From positions 1 to 64,000 of the forward strand of contig JAXDQU010000079.1 in assembly GCA_034667685.1 (NCBI GenBank): a stretch of DNA of 64,000 nt, written 5' to 3'. Under the pieces are notes generated by a model. The model did no database searches. It was not told where the DNA came from and worked only from the letters and a program-made list of their open reading frames with translations. Made by a program: the position numbers and the translations under genes. Shown in pieces: positions 35,320 through 46,208 of the stretch (the first letter of the stretch is position 1; every line of letters begins with the position of its first letter). The DNA comes from Thermoplasmata archaeon. GTDB lineage: Archaea; Thermoplasmatota; SW-10-69-26; JACQPN01; JAJPHT01.

Positions 35320-35676
35320 TCATCGCCAGAAGGAGTACTGCTCGACCAGCCGCCCGAGGCCCTGACGCTGCTCCGGCGTGATCGTCTTCGCCTCGAGCTT
35401 CTCGTCGAGGAACTGCTGCGCGTCGGCCGTGCTCTGGCGCGCGCCGCGGGCGAAGATCCCTTCGAGGAACGCGCGGACGTTCTGCTCGTCCATCCCGCCC
35501 GGGTTGCGCGCGAGCATCGCCTTCGCGTCGTGCATGAAGTGCGCCTTGCGCCCCTGCGCCATCATCCGCTTGCGCGGCGTGCCCCCGCGCGGCCTCTCCT
35601 CTCCCCCGAACCGCGGCGGACCACGAGGCGCGCTGCCGTACGGAGGAGGTCGAGATTGGCCGGGCGGAGTGCTCAC
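35320..35676 (-). CDS. Hypothetical protein
   Basis: 118 aa with a well-formed helical C-terminal domain. Confidence 0.7.
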   Translation of the reverse strand: MSTPPGQSRPPPYGSAPRGPPRFGGEERPRGGTPRKRMMAQGRKAHFMHDAKAMLARNPGGMDEQNVRAFLEGIFARGARQSTADAQQFLDEKLEAKTITPEQRQGLGRLVEQYSFWR

Positions 35677-35724
35677 GAGGGGCGGTGATGTCTGGCGCGG
35701 GATAAAGGCTTCTGGAGCCTCGTC

Positions 35725-36993
35725 CTACTGCGGCGCGACGCCGAGAATGATCTCGGTGATGCCCTCCGGCTGCCAGTCGACGAGGCTGCGTCCGTCGAGA
35801 AGGATCGCGCCGTCCGACGTGGGGACGCGCCCGACGGCGGGAAGGAGCTCGGCCCCTCCGCGTGACCACGCGGGCGGGAGGTTGCCCAGCCCGAGCGCGA
35901 GCATGCCAAGATTTCGATAGCTCGTGGCGCCGGTCCCGTTGAACGAGAGGTGGGCCACGACCTCGCCGTCGACGACGGTCAGGACGCGGACGCGGCTGGC
36001 CGGGGCTCCCGTTCCGGCGTCGGCGCCGCCGGAGCGGTCCCCGTCGGCCGCGCCGTCTCGCGTCCATGCATGCCACTGGGCCACGGGATCGCTGCTGGCA
36101 GCCCCGATCTGCACGATGCCGAGGAAGGTCAGATCCGGCAGGGCGGTCCCTTCGATCGATTCCGTCGCCGTGGGAGGCGGATCCAGGCCCGTGCGCGGCG
36201 TCCCGAAGCCGGCGGAGGCGGCGGACGTCTGCGTCGAGACCTCGAGCCAACGGCCCGCGTGGGAATCGAACTCCACGCGGTGGGCGGACGCGACGTTCAG
36301 GACGCTGCTGGCGAATTCGGAGAGGCCGAGCGGCGGGTCCGCGCGCGCGCTCACGAAGGAGAAGAACGAGGCCGCGGGCTGCGCGCTCGCGTTTCCGACG
36401 AACCGGATGCCGAGAGCGAAGCTGACGTTGCTGGGCCAGCGCAGGACGGCGTTCGCGCCCCCCTCGCCCCGGAGAAGGAAGCCGACGTCGAGGCTGACCG
36501 GGTCGCCGTCGCTCAGGTGGCGCGCCGGGAATTCGAGGATCGCAGGCGCGAAGTCCGGCGTCACCTGCGCGATGGAGGCGAGCCCCGCTTGGGCGCCGCG
36601 AACCGTGGCCGGGACGGACTCCGCCACGCCCAGGGGAACGGGATGCCCCGCGCCGTCGGCGCGGAAGAGCGCGAGCGTCCAGCCCTCGACGTGGTCGCGG
36701 TCCGGCGGCACGGGGAACGTCGGCGCGACCTCGATGCGGAGGACCGGGCCTCTCGCGGAGGGCACGATGGCGCCCTGCGGAACGTGGACCTCAAGCACGT
36801 CCGAAGGGAACGGCCCGCTGCCCACCAGCGAAAGCACGATCGAATCGTCGAGCGCGGGATGGTCGTTGAACGGCCGTGCATGGACCCTGGCCAGGAACAT
36901 GGAGGCCTCCGTCGGCGTGAGACGGCCCGGTCCGGGTGCGACGGCGCACCCTGCCAAGGCCACGAACGCCAGGACCAGCCCGAGTCGCCGCAT
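35725..36993 (-). CDS. Hypothetical lipoprotein
   Basis: MRRLGLVLAFVALAGC lipobox. Confidence 0.7.
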   Translation of the reverse strand: MRRLGLVLAFVALAGCAVAPGPGRLTPTEASMFLARVHARPFNDHPALDDSIVLSLVGSGPFPSDVLEVHVPQGAIVPSARGPVLRIEVAPTFPVPPDRDHVEGWTLALFRADGAGHPVPLGVAESVPATVRGAQAGLASIAQVTPDFAPAILEFPARHLSDGDPVSLDVGFLLRGEGGANAVLRWPSNVSFALGIRFVGNASAQPAASFFSFVSARADPPLGLSEFASSVLNVASAHRVEFDSHAGRWLEVSTQTSAASAGFGTPRTGLDPPPTATESIEGTALPDLTFLGIVQIGAASSDPVAQWHAWTRDGAADGDRSGGADAGTGAPASRVRVLTVVDGEVVAHLSFNGTGATSYRNLGMLALGLGNLPPAWSRGGAELLPAVGRVPTSDGAILLDGRSLVDWQPEGITEIILGVAPQ

Positions 36994-37035
36994 GCCCTTC
37001 CCGTCTCGCCAAGACATTCCGATCCGGCCTGAACG

Positions 37036-37743
37036 TTACGGCGGTGGCGGCAGACGCTGGAGGAGCTCCGAAGAAAGTGTCGCCACGCCTTCGTCGTCGA
37101 CGGTGTTGATGGTGATCTTGGTGTTGCAGACCTGGCTCGATCCCACCGAATCCCCCGGGTCGAAGAGCTGTCTGATCGCGGGCGGCACGTCGAGCCCGTT
37201 GACGACGTTCACTTTGAAGCACGCGCCCTTGTCCCAGAAGCCGATCTTGCCGGGCTCGACGACCTCGGCGGTCCATTTCCCGCTGGCGGTCGGGGTCTGG
37301 CAGCCGCCCGTCGGGCCGACGTAGGAGCAACCGGTCGTCTCCGTCTCCTGCTGTCCGAAGTCGGCCGTCACGACGCGAGGCCCGATCCCGCCGAACGCGA
37401 CGACGTTGCCCGTCCAGGTCCCATGGCACGAGATGTGGGTCGAGACGTCGGCGGCGGTGTCCGCGTACACGTAGCCGATCAGCACGAAGTCGACGTAGAA
37501 GAGGCGCTGCGCCACCTTGGCCGAGTAGGCGAGGTTGCAGGTGCCCTCGATCGAGCCGCAAACCTGGTAGCTTGGGTCCGGGGACGGATCGAGCGCGTTC
37601 GTGACGACAAGCGCGGTCGCGCTCGTGTCGCAGCCGACGAACGCCTGGGTCGAGGCGAGCGCGGTCGTGGCCACGCCGGCAGCCGGCGTGACGAACGGCA
37701 GGAGCAGGAGGGAGCCGATGACGAGCGCGCTCGCGCGGGGCAT
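37036..37743 (-). CDS. Secreted Cys-rich beta protein
   Basis: Signal peptide; 8 Cys. Confidence 0.7.
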   Translation of the reverse strand: MPRASALVIGSLLLLPFVTPAAGVATTALASTQAFVGCDTSATALVVTNALDPSPDPSYQVCGSIEGTCNLAYSAKVAQRLFYVDFVLIGYVYADTAADVSTHISCHGTWTGNVVAFGGIGPRVVTADFGQQETETTGCSYVGPTGGCQTPTASGKWTAEVVEPGKIGFWDKGACFKVNVVNGLDVPPAIRQLFDPGDSVGSSQVCNTKITINTVDDEGVATLSSELLQRLPPPP

Positions 37744-37805
37744 GCGGAGAGAGAGCGTCCGCGCGAGCAAGGCTGTTACTCGCCCGCACCCGCGAAGATG
37801 CGATC

Positions 37806-38762
37806 CTACGCCTTCAGAACGTCGCGCGCCGCCTCCGCGATGTGCTGCCACGTCAGGCCGTACTTCTCCATGAGGTCGCGCTCCTCGCCCGATTCGCCGA
37901 AGGTGTCGCGCACGCCGATGCGGCGCACGGGGCACGGGTGGTTCTCGGCGACGACCTCGCAGACCGCGCTGCCCAGGCCGCCGTAGACCGAGTGCTCCTC
38001 GGCCGTGACGATGCCCTTGGTCTCGCGCGCGGCGGCGAGGATCGCGTCCTTGTCGATGGGCTTGACCGTGTGGATCAGCACGACGCGCGGGTCGGCGCCC
38101 TCGGCCACGAGCGCGTCGGCGGCGCGCATCGTCTCGTACACCATCGTGCCGCAGCCGATGAGCGTGATATCACGGCCCTCGCGCAGCGTGATGGCCTTGC
38201 CGATCTCGGTGTCGTAGACCTGCGGCAGGAGCGCGGTGTCGCCGCGCGGCAGGCGCACGTAGGCCGGCCCGGGCGTCTCGGCCACGAGGCGGATGATGTC
38301 GCTGGTCTGCGGCCCGTCCGCTGGGACGAAGACGCGCATGTTGGGGAGGCCGCGCATCAGCGAGATGTCCTCGAGCATCTGGTGCGTCGCGCCGTCGCCG
38401 CCCACGCTGATGCCGCTGTGCGTGGCGACGATCTTGACGGGGAGGTTGGCGTACGCGATCGACTGGCGGATGACGTTGTAGGGCTGGCCCGTGGCGAACG
38501 CGGCGAACGTGCTCGCGAAGACGGTCTTGCCCGCGGCGGCGAGGCCCGCGGCCACGCCCATGAGGTTCAGCTCCGCGATGCCCATGTCGAAGAAGCGATC
38601 GGGGTACATCGTGCCGAAGCGCTTCGTCTTCGTCGAGAGCGCGAGGTCGGCGTCGAGCACGACCACGTTGGGGTTCGTGCGGCCCAGCTCGATGAGCGCC
38701 TGCGCGTAGGCGTCCTTGAGCGCCATGCGCGGCTGGTCGGGCTTCGTGAGGGTGGCGCTCAT
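37806..38762 (-). CDS. Transketolase, C-terminal subunit
   Basis: DADL..ST, GIAE, DGATHQ, AEEHS..GGLG; ATGA overlap. Confidence 0.93.
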   Translation of the reverse strand: MSATLTKPDQPRMALKDAYAQALIELGRTNPNVVVLDADLALSTKTKRFGTMYPDRFFDMGIAELNLMGVAAGLAAAGKTVFASTFAAFATGQPYNVIRQSIAYANLPVKIVATHSGISVGGDGATHQMLEDISLMRGLPNMRVFVPADGPQTSDIIRLVAETPGPAYVRLPRGDTALLPQVYDTEIGKAITLREGRDITLIGCGTMVYETMRAADALVAEGADPRVVLIHTVKPIDKDAILAAARETKGIVTAEEHSVYGGLGSAVCEVVAENHPCPVRRIGVRDTFGESGEERDLMEKYGLTWQHIAEAARDVLKA

Positions 38763-39643
38763 TGCGCGACCACCGCCTGGGGGGCGAGCGCCGCGCGACG
38801 CTGCGCGAGCCGCATCTTGCTGATGTCGAACTCGGTGTGCGCCTTGACGAGCTCGTCCTTGCTGGGCGCCTTGCCGTGGAACGATAGCGTGCCTTCCATG
38901 TAGCTGACGCCCTTGCCCTTGACCGTGTGCGCGATGATCATCGTGGGGCGGCCAGTGACGCGCTGCGCCTTCTCGAGCGCGCCGAGGATCTCCTCGTAGT
39001 TGTGGCCGTCGATCTCCAGCACGTGCCAGCCGAACGCGCGCCAGCGCTCGGCGGCGGGCTCGACGCTCATGATCTCCTCGGTGGGCCCGTCGATCTGCAG
39101 GCCGTTGCGGTCCAGGATGCCCACGAGGTTGTCCAGGCGGTAGTGGCTCGCGGCCATCGCCGCCTCCCAGATCTGGCCGCACTGGTTCTCGCCGTCGCCG
39201 ATGATGCAGTAGACGCGGTGCCTGCTCCCATCGATCTTGCCCGCGAGCGCCATGCCCACGGCGCCCGAGAGGCCCTGCCCCTCGCTGCCGCCGTTGAACT
39301 CGACGCCCGGCGTCTTGTTGATGTCAGGGTGGCCCTGGAGCCGGCTGTTGATCTTGCGCAGGGTCTTCAGCCACTCCTCGGGGAAGTAGCCCTGCTTGGC
39401 GAGCACCGCGTAGAGCGCCGGGCAGCAGTGCCCCTTGCTCATGATGACGCGGTCGCGCTTCTCCCACTTCGGGTTCGAAGGGTCGTGCCGCATCTGCTCC
39501 CAGTAGAGGCAGGTGAGGACGTCGATGATGCCCAACGAGCCGCCCGGGTGCCCCGAGCCGGCCTCGTAGATCATGTCGATGATGCTGCGGCGAAGCTCCA
39601 GAGCCGTGTCTTCCAGCTCGAGCAGGCGCTCCTGCGTGACCAA
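38759..39643 (-). CDS. Transketolase, N-terminal subunit
   Basis: SGHPGGSL, SKGH, LQGHP, GDGE...N ThDP motif; AAGGAG SD before TTG. Confidence 0.93.
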   Translation of the reverse strand: MVTQERLLELEDTALELRRSIIDMIYEAGSGHPGGSLGIIDVLTCLYWEQMRHDPSNPKWEKRDRVIMSKGHCCPALYAVLAKQGYFPEEWLKTLRKINSRLQGHPDINKTPGVEFNGGSEGQGLSGAVGMALAGKIDGSRHRVYCIIGDGENQCGQIWEAAMAASHYRLDNLVGILDRNGLQIDGPTEEIMSVEPAAERWRAFGWHVLEIDGHNYEEILGALEKAQRVTGRPTMIIAHTVKGKGVSYMEGTLSFHGKAPSKDELVKAHTEFDISKMRLAQRRAALAPQAVVAQ

Positions 39644-39815
39644 TGCAACCAGTCTCCTTGCGGCCGGGGCGCTGGGTGGCTCGGTCGGCCCATCGAAGGG
39701 CGGCTTTGCCGTGCCCTGGCGGCACGCTGCGCTACACGGGGTCGCTACATGAACGTTCCGCGCGAGGCGCGGCCTAGCCACCAACGTTTTGCGCGGCAAG
39801 CGCTTCCGACCCGCC

Positions 39816-41192
39816 ATGTCGGAGACGAGCGCCACCGCGGGCACGCTGCGAATCGGGCGGCTGCTCCTCCCCGCGGGGCGCTCGCTTCCCGCGGACGCCT
39901 GGGAGGCGCGCCACCGTGGCGTCCTCTACCTGCTCGCGGCGCACGCGGCGGGGCTCGCGGCCTTCGGCGTGGCGCTCGGGTGGCCCGCGTGGCACGCGAT
40001 GCTCGAAGGCGGGCTCGTCGCGGCCATCGGCATCGTCGCGGCACAGCGGCGGCTCTCGCGGCGCGCGCGGAGCGTCGTGGCGTCGTTCGGCCTCATGTCG
40101 TGCTCGGCGATCCTCGTTCACCTCTCGGGCGGCTACATCGAGGCGCACTTCCACTTCTTCGTCATGCTGGGCGTCGTCTTCCTCTACGAGGATTGGCTCC
40201 CCTACGTGCTCGCGGTGGGCTTCGTCGCGATCCACCACGGCGTGGTCGGCACGCTCGACCCGCACAGCGTGTTCAACCACCCCTCCGGCATCTCGGACCC
40301 GTGGGTGTTCGCCCTCATCCACGCGCTCTTCATCCTTGGGCTCTCCGCCGCGCTGCTGGTCGCCTGGAACGCGATCGAGCGCGCCCGCCTCTCCGAGCAG
40401 GACGCCCTCGGCAAGGCGGACGAGATGAAGCGCCAGCTCCAGCTCCACGAGAAGATGGCGGCCCTCGGAAGCCTCGTCTCGGGGCTCGCGCACGAGGTCC
40501 GCACGCCGCTGACCGTCGTCGCCACGAGCGCCGCCATCCTCGAGGCCGGCGCGCGGCGCGACCCGGGCAACCCGATGTCGGGGCGCGTCCTCTCGCAGGC
40601 GGAGGAGATCCGCGTCAGCGTCGACCGCATCAACGCCCTCGTCGCGCAGCTCCGGAGGTTCCACACGCTGGCCCCGGAGGAGATGCGCGTCGGGCCGCTC
40701 GACCCCGTGGTGCGGGAGGCCGTGAGCCTCTTCGCGCGCGTCAACCGCCACGCGCGCGCCCTGTCGCTGGAGATCGAGGACACGAGCCCGGCGCGCCTCC
40801 ATCCGCTCGGCGTGCACCAGGTCGTGCTCAACCTGCTCTCGAACGCCGTCGAGGCGACCAGCGCGGAGACGGGGCGCATCGTGGTGCGCACGCGCAGCGA
40901 GCCGGGCCACGCCGTGCTGGAGATCGAGGACAACGGCTGCGGGATGGACGAGCGCGCGCGGCAGAAGGCGTTCGATCCACTCTTCACGACGAAGCCGGAC
41001 GGGATGGGACTCGGGCTGCACATCGTGCGCCGCATCGTCGAGGCGCACGAGGGCTCGGTCTCGGTCGTCAGCCAGCCGGGCCGGGGGACGACGTTCACGC
41101 TGCGCTTCCCGGTCGCGGCGCCCAGCGTGGCGTCGGATGCGTCCAGCCAGGTGCCCGTGCGCGCCCCGTCGCCGGGCGCGGCCGCGAGCTAG
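39816..41192 (+). CDS. Membrane sensor histidine kinase
   Basis: TM sensor with EAHFHFF; H-box AHEVRTPL; N, G1, F and G2 boxes. Confidence 0.92.
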   Translation: MSETSATAGTLRIGRLLLPAGRSLPADAWEARHRGVLYLLAAHAAGLAAFGVALGWPAWHAMLEGGLVAAIGIVAAQRRLSRRARSVVASFGLMSCSAILVHLSGGYIEAHFHFFVMLGVVFLYEDWLPYVLAVGFVAIHHGVVGTLDPHSVFNHPSGISDPWVFALIHALFILGLSAALLVAWNAIERARLSEQDALGKADEMKRQLQLHEKMAALGSLVSGLAHEVRTPLTVVATSAAILEAGARRDPGNPMSGRVLSQAEEIRVSVDRINALVAQLRRFHTLAPEEMRVGPLDPVVREAVSLFARVNRHARALSLEIEDTSPARLHPLGVHQVVLNLLSNAVEATSAETGRIVVRTRSEPGHAVLEIEDNGCGMDERARQKAFDPLFTTKPDGMGLGLHIVRRIVEAHEGSVSVVSQPGRGTTFTLRFPVAAPSVASDASSQVPVRAPSPGAAAS

Positions 41193-42238
41193 AACTGCGC
41201 CTTCGCGCCCGTCAGCGCGACGCCCGCGGAGGGCACGCCGATCCCGCTGCCGGCCTCGACGCGCCCGACGCGCTGCGCGGGGAAGTGCTTGGCGAGGATG
41301 GCGACGGCGCGCTCGGCGTGCTCGGGCGCGACGATCACGCACAGGCCCATGCCCATGTTGAAGGTGCGCCACATCTCGTCCTCCGCGACGTGGCCCCAGC
41401 GCTGGACCGCGCGCAGGACCTCGGGCACCGGGAGGGGCGCGTCGATCACGTAGCGCACGTCCTTCTTGAGGCGCGGGACGTTGAGGAGGCCGGAGCCGGT
41501 GACGTGGCTGATGCCGTGCACTGCGCCGTGCGGCAGGGCCGATAGCAATTCGAGCGCGGCGCGCACGTAGATGCGGGTGGGCGCGAGCAGCGCCTCGCCG
41601 ACGGTCTGGCCCGAGGGGAGCTTGTCGTCGAGCTTGACGCCCGCCTTCTCCATCGCGCGGCGGATGAGCGTGTAGCCGTTGCTGTGCGGGCCGCTGGAGG
41701 CGACGCCGACCATGATATCACCCGGCGCGATGGCGGCGCCCGAGACGATGCGGTCCTTGCGCACGACGCCCAGCACGGTGCCCGCGAGGTCGAAGCCCTT
41801 GACGAGCGAGGGAAGGACGGCCGTCTCGCCGCCCACGATGGTCATGTTGCTCTGGCGCGCGCCCTCGTTGAGGCCCTTCGCCAGCTCCGCGACGAGATGC
41901 GGGTCGGGCTTGTCGATGGCGAGGTAGTCCACGAACGCGATCGGCTCGGCGCCCACGCACACGGCGTCGTTGACGTTCATCGCGACGCAGTCGATGCCCA
42001 CGGTGTCCCACTTGCGCATCGCGTTGGCGATCTCGAGCTTGGTGCCCACGCCGTCGGTGGCCAAGACCAGCGCGTGCTCGCCGAACTCGACCATGCCCGC
42101 GAAGTGGCCCGCGCCGCCCAGCGGCCGGCCCATGCCGGTGCGCGCGTAGGAGAGGAGCCCGACCATCGCCTTCGCGGCCTCGTCCTTGGCCTGGATGTCC
42201 ACGCCCGCGCCCGCGTAGGTCAGCGGCTCGTCCTTCAT
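41189..42238 (-). CDS. purM: Phosphoribosylformylglycinamidine cyclo-ligase
   Basis: YAGAGVDI, TDGVGTK, GGETA, SSGPHSNGY, TFNMGMG. Confidence 0.96.
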   Translation of the reverse strand: MKDEPLTYAGAGVDIQAKDEAAKAMVGLLSYARTGMGRPLGGAGHFAGMVEFGEHALVLATDGVGTKLEIANAMRKWDTVGIDCVAMNVNDAVCVGAEPIAFVDYLAIDKPDPHLVAELAKGLNEGARQSNMTIVGGETAVLPSLVKGFDLAGTVLGVVRKDRIVSGAAIAPGDIMVGVASSGPHSNGYTLIRRAMEKAGVKLDDKLPSGQTVGEALLAPTRIYVRAALELLSALPHGAVHGISHVTGSGLLNVPRLKKDVRYVIDAPLPVPEVLRAVQRWGHVAEDEMWRTFNMGMGLCVIVAPEHAERAVAILAKHFPAQRVGRVEAGSGIGVPSAGVALTGAKAQF

Positions 42239-42263
42239 GGGGCGGCGATGCCCGGGCGCCTGT

Positions 42264-43106
42264 TCAAGGCTTCGGCGCCGGTTGCCCGAGGTGACCCGCG
42301 GGCTCGCGCCTCGACTGCCGCCAGCGCAGCACGACGCCCACGCCCAGCGAGACGCACGCCGCGAACGCGAGGCAGGCCAGCGTGCCCCAGAGGATGCCCA
42401 ACGCGGGATAGGCGAACGCGATGGCGACGCCGAAGAGCGCCGGCGCCGCGGTGCCCGCGACCATGACGCGCACGGTCGCGCCGGTGAAGTCCGCGCCGCG
42501 CTTGCGCGTGAGGATGACCATCGTCGTGATGAATCCGCTCGGGAAGACGCTGGCGAGCCCGCCGAGGATCGGGCCGCCGTAGTGCGCCACGACGATGCTG
42601 CCCGCGACGACGGCGCCCGCGCCCGCCGCGCGCCCCGCGAGCTTCCACCACGAGAGGGGCGCGGGGCGCGCGGGTGGCGCGGCGTGGACCCGCGGCAGCC
42701 GCGCCAGCAGCAGGAGCGCCACGACCGCGCTCAAGGCCCAGAGCGGGAACGACCAGGCGAGCCCCGCGGGGAGCCACAGCACGATCGCGAGGCCCGCCGC
42801 GGCCCAGAGCGCGAGCGCCGCAGCGATGGCGGGCCAGGGCGCGAGGCGGCGCACGAGCAGCGCGGTGGCCGCGATGAAGACGACGTTGGCCGCCATCCCG
42901 GCCGGGGTCGCGGTGGCGCTCTGCGCGGCGAAGGCGACGCCCTCGTTCAACGCGATGAGGACCAGCGAGACCGTGACCTTCACGGGGAATGATAGCAGCA
43001 GGCCGCCCACGCGCGGGTTGCCACGCTCGGCGATCGTCGTGAACGCGGCGACGGTCCCTCCGCCCACGAGGAAGGAGAGCGCCAGGCGCGCCAGGTAGGC
43101 GTCCAC
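42264..43106 (-). CDS. Membrane protein with an internal duplication (DUF3147-like)
   Basis: GGLLLSFP and GGLASVFP halves; ~8 TM. Confidence 0.7.
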   Translation of the reverse strand: MDAYLARLALSFLVGGGTVAAFTTIAERGNPRVGGLLLSFPVKVTVSLVLIALNEGVAFAAQSATATPAGMAANVVFIAATALLVRRLAPWPAIAAALALWAAAGLAIVLWLPAGLAWSFPLWALSAVVALLLLARLPRVHAAPPARPAPLSWWKLAGRAAGAGAVVAGSIVVAHYGGPILGGLASVFPSGFITTMVILTRKRGADFTGATVRVMVAGTAAPALFGVAIAFAYPALGILWGTLACLAFAACVSLGVGVVLRWRQSRREPAGHLGQPAPKP

Positions 43107-43131
43107 GCGGCGCGAGACGGAGGGCCGGATT

Positions 43132-43737
43132 TCAGGCTTTCCTCAGCGCTGCTTCGTCCGCGCCAGCAGGCCCAGCGCGAGGATACAGGAGCACGATGCC
43201 CGCGCCCATGGCGCCCAGCTGCGCGCGCGAGAGCTGCGGCGGGTCGGACGAAGCCTCCGCCGCCAAGAGGGTCGAGGGCGGCGCGCCCCTCGCGCGTTCG
43301 GGCGCGGCGGCCGGCGCGGGCGCCTGGGGAGCGTCCGAAGAAGGCGCGCCGGCGGCCGGCGGATCCTGCGCCGCGGAGGAGCCGCCCGGGGAGGACGTGG
43401 GCGCCGGCGCGCCGGTGGACACGTTGCCGTCGGGCGTCAGCGGGAGCGTCCAGTCCGTGGGGGGCTCGGGGAGGACGGGCTGCTGCGCGACCGGGGCGGG
43501 CTGGGGCGAGGGCGAGGGCGGGGGAGAAGGCGCGGGCGAGGGCGAGGGCGATGGGACGACGGGCGCGGCGGCGCGCTGCCCCGGCACGACGTCCGCGGTG
43601 GGGTCCCACGTCCCGGTGTCCACGACCTGGGGCGCGTCGGGCACCGTGACGGTCGCGTCCGCGGCGGAGAGCGAGGGCACCCCCGAGGTGGGCGTCAACG
43701 TGAGGGCGAGGAGCATGGTCCCCAGCGCGATCCCCAT
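43132..43737 (-). CDS. Pro/Ser-rich secreted or membrane-anchored hypothetical protein
   Basis: Signal peptide, PS repeats and a C-terminal hydrophobic segment. Confidence 0.55.
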   Translation of the reverse strand: MGIALGTMLLALTLTPTSGVPSLSAADATVTVPDAPQVVDTGTWDPTADVVPGQRAAAPVVPSPSPSPAPSPPPSPSPQPAPVAQQPVLPEPPTDWTLPLTPDGNVSTGAPAPTSSPGGSSAAQDPPAAGAPSSDAPQAPAPAAAPERARGAPPSTLLAAEASSDPPQLSRAQLGAMGAGIVLLYPRAGPAGADEAALRKA

Positions 43738-43794
43738 CGGGCCTGACCTCGTCGCAAGGGATCATAAGGCTGAGGGGCGGGCCGAGCCGGACGA

Positions 43795-44733
43795 TCAGGG
43801 GAGGGTGCCCAGGTCGCGGTCCACCACGTACTCACGGTGGCCCTCGGGGACCCCGTACCGGCCCGTGACGAGCGCGTCGAGCAGATGGAAGGACAGCGCC
43901 GTCATGGCCTGCGTGTCGTCCGACTCGTTGCCGTGGCCCGCCATGCCGTCCACCTGGACGCCGGCGTACCCCGTGAGGCTCGTCCCCTCGTGGCCGGGCT
44001 CGCCGCGCAGCACCTGGTAGTCGTCCGTCGGGATGCCCACGGCGGCGAGGGCGGCCTCCATCTCGCGGCCCTGGTTGGTGGGCACGAGGCCGTCGTTGGT
44101 GTCGTGGAGCAGGATGACGCCCTTCAGGCCGACGAACTCGGGGGCGCGGACCGCGGCGCTGCGCTCCAGGTAGGCCGTTTCCGCCGTCGCGGGCGTGCCG
44201 CCGCATTCCTCCTCGATGGCCGCCTTCGCCGTCACGGCGGTCGGGTTGCCCGAGGGGGAGAGCGCGGTCGCGCCGGCCCACGTCTCGTGGAGCATCGCGA
44301 GCCCCTCGTTGTCGACCCAGTACGTGAAGACGCCCGGCATGTCGGCGAGCACCATGCCCGCGACGGCCGTGCCCATGCTCACGCTGTAGAGGATCGCGTG
44401 GTCGAAGCCGTACGTCGCCAGGAGGTCGCGCGTCGCGGCCTCGGTCTGGTCGGCGCCGGCGCGCAGCGGGAAGGCGCTCGCGGGGCCGAAGTCCATGGCG
44501 ACCGCGACGTACCCCTCGTCCGCGAGGCGCTGGAGGTGCGCGTCGTGGTCCACCGCCTGGTGCGCGTAGCCGTGCGCGATCACCACGAGGCCCAACGGCG
44601 CGCCGACGGGCACCGCGAGACGGCCGTGCGCGCCCCCGACGAAGTAGTCCGAGACGCCCGCCGCGGGCGCGCCGGCATGGAGCGCGGGCACCAGGAGGAC
44701 GAGGGCGATCGCGGCGGCGGGGGCGGCGCGCAT
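43795..44733 (-). CDS. Secreted alpha/beta hydrolase
   Basis: Signal peptide; AHGY; SVSMG nucleophile elbow; candidate Asp (NDGLV) and His (GHG). Confidence 0.8.
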   Translation of the reverse strand: MRAAPAAAIALVLLVPALHAGAPAAGVSDYFVGGAHGRLAVPVGAPLGLVVIAHGYAHQAVDHDAHLQRLADEGYVAVAMDFGPASAFPLRAGADQTEAATRDLLATYGFDHAILYSVSMGTAVAGMVLADMPGVFTYWVDNEGLAMLHETWAGATALSPSGNPTAVTAKAAIEEECGGTPATAETAYLERSAAVRAPEFVGLKGVILLHDTNDGLVPTNQGREMEAALAAVGIPTDDYQVLRGEPGHEGTSLTGYAGVQVDGMAGHGNESDDTQAMTALSFHLLDALVTGRYGVPEGHREYVVDRDLGTLP

Positions 44734-44777
44734 GGGCGCGCAGCCGGGGCTCCGGCCTTGAGTCGTTTCGTGGCAGC

Positions 44778-45542
44778 CTAGTCGGAAGCGCCGCGCGCCG
44801 GCTTGCGCGCATACTCGAGGATCGCCTTGACGACGACGGGCAGGACGATGACGCAGAGCGTGACGGCGACGCTCACGATGCGCTCGATGTGCTCGTCCAC
44901 GAGCGGCGCGCCCTTCCACATCTCCCAGGCCGTGAGCACGAGGAGCTTGAGGCCGACGTAGCCCACCGCCACGTAGGCGAGGCTCTCCAGCGCGGGGAAC
45001 CAGTCCATCAGCCTGCCCACGTAGTACGCCGCGATCCGCAGCAGCAGGATGCCCGTGAACGAGGCGGCGATGATGATGAGGACCTTCTGCGAGAGAGCGA
45101 CCGCCACGAGCACCTGGTCGAGCGCGAAGGCGAGGTCGGCCAGCTCCACGGCCACCACGAGGCTCCAGAACGCCGAGAGGAAGAGCCACCGCTTCTGGCT
45201 GAAGGTCGGCGCCTCGTGCCCCGGCGCGCCCCCTTCGTGCTTGCGGATGTTGACGAAGTGGCTCCCGCAGAGGTAGAGCAGGTAGCCGCCGCCGATGAGC
45301 TTCAGGACGGGGTACTGGATGATCACGCTCGCGAAGAGGATGACCGTCGCGCGGAGCACGTACGCGCCGCCCAGGCCGTAGAGGAGCGCCTTGCGCCGCT
45401 GCTCCTCGGGGAGCCGGCGGACCATCGCCGCCAGGATCGCGGCGTTGTCGAACGACAACACGCCCTCCAGGAAGAGGAGCGTGAAGTACACCACGAGGTC
45501 CACGGGCTCGAACTGGTACGACGTGATGAATTCGAAGACCAT
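44778..45542 (-). CDS. terC: TerC family membrane protein
   Basis: [20 protein letters not shown]. Confidence 0.9.
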   Translation of the reverse strand: MVFEFITSYQFEPVDLVVYFTLLFLEGVLSFDNAAILAAMVRRLPEEQRRKALLYGLGGAYVLRATVILFASVIIQYPVLKLIGGGYLLYLCGSHFVNIRKHEGGAPGHEAPTFSQKRWLFLSAFWSLVVAVELADLAFALDQVLVAVALSQKVLIIIAASFTGILLLRIAAYYVGRLMDWFPALESLAYVAVGYVGLKLLVLTAWEMWKGAPLVDEHIERIVSVAVTLCVIVLPVVVKAILEYARKPARGASD

Positions 45543-45620
45543 TCAGGCCAAGCTCGGGAGGAGGCTGCACCCTGCAAAGCCGCTGATAAGCTTGCCTGGA
45601 AGGTTCCCAGCGCCTCCGGC

Positions 45621-45724
45621 GAAGGGAACTGGGGAAGAAGGGAAGGCGAGGGAAGAAGGGAGCCTTGCAATGGGGCCCTTCTTCCCTCCGCTTCCCTTCT
45701 TCCCCAGTTCCGCCGCTTCCCTTC
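45621..45724. repeat. Palindrome of purine-rich nonamer units
   Basis: 45625-45645 is the exact reverse complement of 45691-45711 (21 bp). Confidence 0.88.
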
Positions 45725-45896
45725 GGCGGGCTCCCCCCGCCTCCCCGCGAATCGTTATATGGGGGTCCTGGCATCGCCGCGGCAGCGCGAGCACGCGCGT
45801 CCCCGGACGCACGGCGCGGTGAAGACCCCTCGGGGCCCCATCCCGCGCACGACGCCCCGAGCCCCGGACGCGGGACCTCGCGCCGAAGGAATCGTC

Positions 45897-46208
45897 ATGG
45901 CTCACACCGCCCGCATCAGCCTCGCCGGCAACGACCCCAAGAAGATCGACGGCGTCGCAGGCCAGATCAAGACCATCGCGGAGCGCACCGGCGTCCGCAT
46001 CGCCGGCCCAATCCCGCTCCCGACGCGCCGCCTCAACATCCCCGTCCGCAAGGCGCCCAACGGCTCCGGCTCGGAGACGTACGACCACTGGGAGATGCGC
46101 ATCCACAAGCGCCTCATCGACATCGACGCGGACGAGCGCGCCCTGCGCCAGCTCATGCGCATCCAGGTCCCCGACTCGGTGAACATCGAGATCGTTCTGA
46201 GGACCTGA
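45897..46208 (+). CDS. rpsJ: 30S ribosomal protein S10 (uS10), archaeal type
   Basis: [39 protein letters not shown] at 45755-45760 upstream. Confidence 0.97.
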   Translation: MAHTARISLAGNDPKKIDGVAGQIKTIAERTGVRIAGPIPLPTRRLNIPVRKAPNGSGSETYDHWEMRIHKRLIDIDADERALRQLMRIQVPDSVNIEIVLRT

